This document shows, in pieces, positions 19,021-24,245 of a stretch of DNA of 24,245 nucleotides. Source of the DNA: an uncultured Oscillospiraceae bacterium (lineage in GTDB: Bacteria; Bacillota; Clostridia; Peptostreptococcales; Anaerovoracaceae); contig CAZHBR010000003.1 of NCBI GenBank assembly GCA_964530755.1, forward strand, positions 1,664 through 25,908, written 5' to 3'. Under the pieces are notes generated by a model, which saw nothing but the letters and a program-made list of their open reading frames with translations, did no database searches and was not told where the DNA came from. Numbering within the stretch: the first letter of the stretch is position 1; the number at the start of each line of letters is the position of its first letter. Position numbers and translations under genes: made by a program.

Positions 19021-19146
19021 GTTCTTACATGCGATATTGTGTCTGGAAATTGCATATCACTAAAATTATTTTTTCTCCCATATGGTTTGTTCTTGGTCGA
19101 TTAAGTGCTATAGTATACTAAAAAGACGCAATAATATTGGTGGGCT

Positions 19147-20085
19147 ATGGAAAATCTAATCATATCGTTTAATGCTGTTTCGCCCATGTTTATCATCATG
19201 CTTTTAGGGGCGCTGATCAAATGGAGGAAGATGATAAGCCGCAAGACCGGGACACAGCTCAATAATTTGGCATTTAGGATTTTCATTCCTGTTTTATTGG
19301 TATACAGTATATACAGTACCGATTTAAGGGAAATATTGCAGGTTAAGCTGATCGTGTTTACCGTTTTATCTGTGACCTTGATGTGGCTTGTGTCTGCATT
19401 GCTGATTATGAAGATTGAAAAAACAAATACTGCAAGGGGTGCGATGATCCAGGGGATGTGTCGGAGCAACTACGTTCTTTTTGGATTGTCGCTTTTAATT
19501 AATTTATACGGGGTTGACAATATAGGCATACCCAGTCTGATTGCAGCCGTAGTCCTGTTGCTTTTTAACGTATTGTCTGTAATAACTCTTGAGGTTTTTC
19601 GTGACAGCAAGGTTGAAATAAAAGAAATAGCGTTGGAGGTTTTAAAAAATCCCCTGATTATTGCAGTGGCAGCAGGTATCATGATATCGCTGCTGCATAT
19701 ACGCCTTCCGCTGTTTATTGAAAACACCGTAGCAAGCTTATCTGGGATGGCTATGCCGATCGCGCTTGTGGCGATGGGGGCGTCGCTTAGTTTTGACAAG
19801 GCGTTTATTAATTTGAAAAACATTGTGACAGTTATCGTGGGAAAGCTGATCGTAATACCCCTTATTTTCGTTCCTGCTGCTATATTCCTCGGATTTCGCG
19901 GCATTGAACTGACATCGCTTATGGTTATGTTTGCCTCACCGACAGCCGTAACGACGTATACTATGGCTGATCAAATGGAAAGCGATGCGAATCTGGCATC
20001 ATCCATAGTGATTTTGTCAACGGTTTTGTCCTGCTTTACTATGTTCTTTTGGATATTTTCTATAAAGCAGATCGGTATGATTTAA
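19147..20085 (+). CDS. AEC (auxin efflux carrier / malate permease-like) family transporter (312 aa)
   Basis: 'AFRIFIPVLL', 'RSNYVLFGLSL', 'LKNPLIIA', 'PIALVAMGASL', 'SPTAVTTYTMA' and 'LASSIVILST'; about 10 hydrophobic segments. Confidence 0.9.
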   Translation: MENLIISFNAVSPMFIIMLLGALIKWRKMISRKTGTQLNNLAFRIFIPVLLVYSIYSTDLREILQVKLIVFTVLSVTLMWLVSALLIMKIEKTNTARGAMIQGMCRSNYVLFGLSLLINLYGVDNIGIPSLIAAVVLLLFNVLSVITLEVFRDSKVEIKEIALEVLKNPLIIAVAAGIMISLLHIRLPLFIENTVASLSGMAMPIALVAMGASLSFDKAFINLKNIVTVIVGKLIVIPLIFVPAAIFLGFRGIELTSLMVMFASPTAVTTYTMADQMESDANLASSIVILSTVLSCFTMFFWIFSIKQIGMI

Positions 20086-20089
20086 TTCA

Positions 20090-21094
20090 TTAACCGCTAT
20101 CCGACTGTGTAGGATTTAAAAGGCCCCTTGGGTGCTTCATCGCAAGTATTTTCTTTTTTTGCTCATCTGATGTGTGCAGATAAATTTGAGTTGTCGATAT
20201 GGAGCTGTGTCCCAGAAAATCCTGAATGTATTTAATGTCTACTCCGGATTCTAGCAGCAAGGTTGCAAATGTATGCCGAAAGACGTGGGGCGTAATATTC
20301 TTTTTTATGCCGGAAAGCCTTGTGTATTTTGCTATAATATTTCTGACACCCTGTGAACTCATGGGCTTTAAATGGCGCGTGATAAAAATATGGGATATGT
20401 CGCAGCCTGCAGCACTTCTCATCAGAATGTAATTGTCGAATGCTGCAATTGCCTCGGGAGTTGCTATAAACAGGGTTCTTTCTTTATTGCCCTTTCCGAT
20501 GATCCGAAGCGATCGGTTTTCGTGTTCGTAATCTGAAAAAAGCAGATTGCATAGCTCCGACACCCTTATTCCTGTTGCAAACAGCAGTTCAATAATTGCC
20601 AGATCCCTGCACCAGAAAAATTCACCCGAAGTAACAGATATCTTATCCGTTTCCTTATTTCGCAGCGTTTTTAAAAGGATATTGGCGGATTTTGAAAAAG
20701 GATCGAGGTAGACCACCTGCAAAAAGGTGTTCATATCCTTTAATGTCATGCTCCGTGGTATCCTGCGTCCCTCTTTCATGTTGACCCGAAATTCTTCAAA
20801 AGGACTGTTTGATACGATTCCTGCATATTTTAAATATGTAAAAAATGAATTTAGCGATGCCATTTTACGTTTAACCGTTTTAGCTTTATGAATTTTAGCC
20901 ATATGTCCAAGATATTCACTCAAAATATTCTTTGTAATTTGATCTGGGTAAGCAAGTGAAGGATGATGCCGTTTAAGATATGTTAGAAAAAAGGACATAT
21001 CAAAGCGATAGCTTGTAACTGTATTTTCAGACAACCGCCGCTGATACATGCAGTATTCTAAAAAGGGATCAGCTAATTCCTTAATCTGTTTCAT
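20090..21094 (-). CDS. XerC/XerD-like tyrosine recombinase (about 334 aa)
   Basis: N-terminal SAM-like 'FLEYC..QRRLSENTVTSYRFD'; complete catalytic set R (TGIRVSEL), K (GKGNKER), HxxR (HVFRH), H (LGH), Y (TTQIY). Start set at ATG 21094 after a perfect RBS GGAGGTGG. Confidence 0.92.
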   Translation of the reverse strand: MKQIKELADPFLEYCMYQRRLSENTVTSYRFDMSFFLTYLKRHHPSLAYPDQITKNILSEYLGHMAKIHKAKTVKRKMASLNSFFTYLKYAGIVSNSPFEEFRVNMKEGRRIPRSMTLKDMNTFLQVVYLDPFSKSANILLKTLRNKETDKISVTSGEFFWCRDLAIIELLFATGIRVSELCNLLFSDYEHENRSLRIIGKGNKERTLFIATPEAIAAFDNYILMRSAAGCDISHIFITRHLKPMSSQGVRNIIAKYTRLSGIKKNITPHVFRHTFATLLLESGVDIKYIQDFLGHSSISTTQIYLHTSDEQKKKILAMKHPRGLLNPTQSDSG

Positions 21095-21122
21095 AAATAC
21101 CACCTCCGGGCGCAATATACAT

Positions 21123-21151
21123 ATTATACCATAACAGGTCACATCTGTAAA
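21123..21151 (-). promoter_or_regulatory. SigmaA promoter of the recombinase gene
   Basis: Minus strand TTTACA-N17-TATAAT with extended -10 TG, 29 bp upstream of the ATG. Confidence 0.7.
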
Positions 21152-21364
21152 CAGCAGGACATTTTCAGTTAAAAAGGGTGTTATGAAGCCTGTGAATCTG
21201 AATATATAATAGAATACGGCCTTGCTGTTTAGGGTGAGGGCTGCAACCATCTTATTATATATTTCGATGATGAAAAGCGGAGGCTGAATTCCGCAATGAT
21301 GAGCTGCCGATTTATACTCCTGCAATTAATTATTCAGATTTCTGACTTATAACGATAACCATAC

Positions 21365-21381
21365 TGTAATACCCTTGTAAT
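21365..21381 (+). promoter_or_regulatory. WalR(YycF)-type tandem direct-repeat box
   Basis: TGTAAT-ACCCT-TGTAAT matches TGTWAH-N5-TGTWAH exactly and abuts the -35 of P1. Confidence 0.6.
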
Positions 21382-21408
21382 GGACAATTGGCGTGCTACT
21401 GCTATAAT
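21381..21408 (+). promoter_or_regulatory. S-layer gene distal promoter P1
   Basis: TGGACA-N16-TATAAT with extended -10 TG. Confidence 0.55.
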
Positions 21409-21462
21409 GGGCACATAGAGAAAACCCAGAGAAATACAGGTAAAAATACCCGCGAGATCATT

Positions 21463-21479
21463 ATTACAGGATTATTACA
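21463..21479 (-). promoter_or_regulatory. Second WalR-type box, reverse orientation
   Basis: Plus strand ATTACA-GGATT-ATTACA reads TGTAAT-AATCC-TGTAAT on the minus strand, 14 bp upstream of the -35 of P2. Confidence 0.6.
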
Positions 21480-21493
21480 ATTCCTGCATATTA

Positions 21494-21523
21494 TTGACTC
21501 TCAAGTCGAGAAAGGGGTATAAT
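21494..21523 (+). promoter_or_regulatory. S-layer gene proximal promoter P2
   Basis: TTGACT-N18-TATAAT. Confidence 0.6.
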
Positions 21524-21529
21524 CCTATG

Positions 21530-21669
21530 AGATAGATTTTGCAGTGGGGTATCTGTCTGCATGTCTATACATAATGTCAAATTATCTTCAGAAGGGGAGG
21601 ATAATTTGCAGAACCAACACGTATAATCTCCCCTTCGAAGAAGACAAAACCTTAAAGGAGGAATTCTAA
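21530..21669 (+). other. Structured 5' leader of the S-layer mRNA
   Basis: Hairpins ATAGA..TGCAG/CTGCA..TCTAT (21532-21568), CAAATTATCTTC/GAGGATAATTTG (21578-21608) and GAAGGGGAG/CTCCCCTTC (21591-21636); RBS AAAGGAGG at 21654-21661. Confidence 0.45.
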
Positions 21670-24057
21670 ATGAGAAAAGTACTATCATTCGTATTGGTAC
21701 TGTCTCTCGTACTCGGAAGCTTCGGTATGGCTTTCGCAGCACCTCTGTCTGATATTGCAGGCGAGGAATGTGAAGATGCTGTTAACGTGCTTACCGATCT
21801 GGAAGTTGTGACCGGCTATCCCGATGGGGATTACAGACCGGATAACATCGTTACCAGAGCCGAGATGGCAGTCATTGTTGTAAGAGCCCTTGGCCTTGCT
21901 GACTATGCGGTAGGCACATCGAGCTTCAAGGACATGGCAGGACACTGGTCCAATGCTTATGTTGCTTATGCTACAGGCCTTGGGATCATTGACGGCTATC
22001 CCGACGGGACATTTAAGCCTGACAAGACAGTATCCTATGACGAAGCGGCAAAGATGCTTGTCGCGGCATTGGGTTACACCCCTGACAGCCTTGTAGGAAC
22101 CTGGCCCGCAAACTATGTGGTAAAGGCTAAGGCCCTCGGAATCCTTGATGGGATCAAAGCCGGTGTGGCGGGAGCCAATAGAGGCGACATCGCTATTATG
22201 GCTTTCCAGACGCTGGATACCAAAATCGGAAGCACCGATAAGGATGGCAAATGGACAGCAAATGATCCGGAAGACACAATGCTTGACAGGCTCGGAGCAG
22301 AGCTGTACAACGATGGTGATGCCTTTGTCGTAACAAATGACATTGCATTAGACGAATCCGTTATTAACCTGACTCCTTATCTTGGAGCATTCATTAAAGC
22401 CTATCAGAATTCCGATAAGGATATTATCGCAGTTAAGGAAGTTAAATCCGCATTCCTAACAGGTAGTGTAAAAGATAATGGTAAGTTTAAATCAGACGGT
22501 GTAGAGTATAATATTGCAGGTGCAGATTTCCATGATGGAACCACAGAAGGAGCCATTGAATTTGTAAACGGCGAAAACACAAGCACAGTTGCTGCAATTA
22601 CCACCAGTAGTGGAATCGTTACACTTGCTGCGAATGTATCCGGAAAAACGATTAAGGATGTATATTCTGTCAGTAAATGGACGGTCTCTGAGTCTGATTT
22701 CTTCAGTGCAGATGATGCTGCCGATATCAAGGCCGATAAGAAATTATTCGGACTTAAATTTGTAAAAGATGACAATGATGATATCGACTTGAATTCCTTT
22801 GCATTGTTTGGAGCAGCCTCGCTTGCAGATATTGAAAAAGATAGCGTGGTTTATGTTTATAAGAACGGGGCTAGTGAAATCACCAGAATCGAAGTGGGAA
22901 CCGAGGTTGTAACCGGGGAAAATACAAGAATTTCAGGTGATGACTTCACAATAAATGGTAAGGTATATGCATTTGCGGATAGTCAGAGTAGTAGCAGTAG
23001 CCATTATGTGCCAGCTAAGGCGGGTGACACGGTAAAGATTTCCCTTGACTATGCAGGCGATATTTATGAATGCGTCAAGGAAAAAGGTGGAGCCTCCAAC
23101 TATGCAGTTGTTCTTGATGTGAAAGACGGCAGCGAGGGATTTGCAGGAAGTGACGCAAAGATCAACCTGTTCTTAGCAGATGGAACTGAAAAGGCTTTCT
23201 CCGTTGATGAAGAAGAAGTGGCTTCAGTTAACGATACAAGTAAAAAATGGACTACCGAAGCTGCTTTCGACATTGGTGTAATTATTAAATGTGGCGTGGA
23301 TAAAAACGGGGTAATCGATGAGATTGTGACAATGAGTGCTATTACTGGAGATGATAAAATTTCTGCCAAAGGTCTTTATGAAACCCTTTATATTGCTAAC
23401 GATGCGGTAATATTTACCGCCACAACTATACCTGCGATATCAAAGAAGGCCGATGACTATGGTACTACTTCGTTAAATAAAATCTTGGATACTAAAAATG
23501 TTGTATCACAGTATATTGTAAAAGACGGAAAAATAGTCGCAATGATTCTGTATGACGATGTTGTTTCGACTGATGGTGTGTATGGTGTAGCTATAGATAG
23601 AGCATTGAACAATTCTTCTGAAGGTTACGAGATTACAATGCTACTTGGTAAAAACGAAACAACTAAAGATGCAAAAACAGCTGCTCATAGCGAGGCTGCA
23701 ACAACTAGTGCTCTGTATAAAGTGAACTTTACTACATCAGGTGATGTCATAAGCGGATTGGATGCCCAAGTCAGTGATATTACTGCAACGACGGTAGCTG
23801 GGTTAACAGTATCCTCTAATACAGTCAAAATTGCATCTATGTCTGGTATCACGACAGGCAGTAGTATAATAAAGAACGATACTATAAGCCTAGACAGTGA
23901 TGTTGTAGTATATGTATGGAGTACAAATGACACCTGTTATAAGATTGGGTCCGTCAGAGATATTGCAAACGCTAAAAATTCAGTAGAATTCTTTGATGTC
24001 TTAGGTGATGATGATGGGGCCTATGATTTCGTATTGGTTGATAACCCAGATGCTTAA
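21670..24057 (+). CDS. S-layer protein with N-terminal SLH domains (795 aa)
   Basis: Signal peptide ending AFA-A; SLH repeats 'VVTGYPDGDYRPDNIVTRAEMA' and 'GHWSNAYV..GIIDGYPDGTFKPD' plus a degenerate third; the remainder is a low-complexity D/T/S/V/A/K-rich beta-type region; strong RBS and tandem promoters. Confidence 0.88.
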   Translation: MRKVLSFVLVLSLVLGSFGMAFAAPLSDIAGEECEDAVNVLTDLEVVTGYPDGDYRPDNIVTRAEMAVIVVRALGLADYAVGTSSFKDMAGHWSNAYVAYATGLGIIDGYPDGTFKPDKTVSYDEAAKMLVAALGYTPDSLVGTWPANYVVKAKALGILDGIKAGVAGANRGDIAIMAFQTLDTKIGSTDKDGKWTANDPEDTMLDRLGAELYNDGDAFVVTNDIALDESVINLTPYLGAFIKAYQNSDKDIIAVKEVKSAFLTGSVKDNGKFKSDGVEYNIAGADFHDGTTEGAIEFVNGENTSTVAAITTSSGIVTLAANVSGKTIKDVYSVSKWTVSESDFFSADDAADIKADKKLFGLKFVKDDNDDIDLNSFALFGAASLADIEKDSVVYVYKNGASEITRIEVGTEVVTGENTRISGDDFTINGKVYAFADSQSSSSSHYVPAKAGDTVKISLDYAGDIYECVKEKGGASNYAVVLDVKDGSEGFAGSDAKINLFLADGTEKAFSVDEEEVASVNDTSKKWTTEAAFDIGVIIKCGVDKNGVIDEIVTMSAITGDDKISAKGLYETLYIANDAVIFTATTIPAISKKADDYGTTSLNKILDTKNVVSQYIVKDGKIVAMILYDDVVSTDGVYGVAIDRALNNSSEGYEITMLLGKNETTKDAKTAAHSEAATTSALYKVNFTTSGDVISGLDAQVSDITATTVAGLTVSSNTVKIASMSGITTGSSIIKNDTISLDSDVVVYVWSTNDTCYKIGSVRDIANAKNSVEFFDVLGDDDGAYDFVLVDNPDA

Positions 24058-24069
24058 ATAAATATAATG

Positions 24070-24245
24070 ACGGTGTCAGACACCAAACGCAACGACCTTG
24101 CTAAAAAGCGAGTAATTGCAACGGTTTGAAGTTACGCTGTTGCGAAAGGTGCCAGTCACCAGACGCAACGAACTAACGGTGTCAGACACCAAACTAACGG
24201 TGTCAGACACCAAACGCAACGACCTTGCTAAAAAGCGAGTGATTG
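24070..24245. repeat. Cluster of palindromic REP-like repeats, truncated by the window end
   Basis: GGTGTCAGACACC at 24072, 24178 and 24199; variant GGTGCCAGTCACC at 24148; a 49-bp direct repeat at 24070-24118 and 24197-24245 with one mismatch. Confidence 0.85.

Noticed and set aside
21095-21325. 77-aa N-terminal extension of the recombinase ORF
   Set aside because: A perfect RBS and a promoter lie inside it, in front of ATG 21094, and the extension is not recombinase-like
21530-21669. Known riboswitch (c-di-GMP, SAM, T-box etc.) in the S-layer leader
   Set aside because: No conserved aptamer motifs were recognised; reported only as an unassigned structured leader
21340-21670. fim/cwpV-style invertible segment carrying the S-layer promoters
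   Set aside because: No inverted repeat pair enclosing P1/P2 or the leader was found; the TGTAAT/ATTACA symmetry is better explained as two regulator boxes
926-23933. Numerous 60-144 aa antisense or alternate-frame ORFs in the ORF track
   Set aside because: All are nested in well-supported genes, lack recognisable motifs and are typical shadow ORFs
24070-24245. CRISPR array
   Set aside because: Units are only 13 bp with irregular spacing (76, 30, 21 bp), the intervening sequence is itself duplicated, and no cas genes are in the window
20090-24245. Integron (integrase plus attC cassettes)
   Set aside because: The recombinase lacks an evident IntI-specific insertion, and the repeats lack attC R''/R' box architecture and do not separate ORF cassettes

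Overview
Chromosomal window from an anaerobic Firmicute (Clostridia-like; inferred from SLH-anchored surface proteins, sigmaA/sigma54 promoter motifs and gene content). There are three blocks. (1) 1-3960: an AT-richer, sigma54-type two-gene uptake/catabolism module (YtcJ/NfdA-like amidohydrolase plus sodium:solute symporter). (2) 4107-11743: a tightly coupled housekeeping/envelope operon (pgm, hslO, mscL, a frameshifted ddl, DUF1934, CtpA-like S41 protease) converging on a DUF1846 gene. (3) 11889-24245: a cell-surface locus with a small SLH protein coupled to a ~2000-aa secreted multi-domain protein lacking its own anchor, an AEC transporter, a solo XerC/D-like tyrosine recombinase transcribed divergently from an SLH S-layer gene, and a cluster of palindromic REP-like repeats at the window end. 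The best candidates for undescribed biology are the SLH/giant-protein pair and the recombinase-S-layer region, which has two perfect WalR-type boxes, a dif-like site over the recombinase promoter, a structured leader and a compositionally mosaic S-layer gene. The ddl lesion looks like a microhomology deletion. All family calls come from motif recognition by eye; no searches were run.
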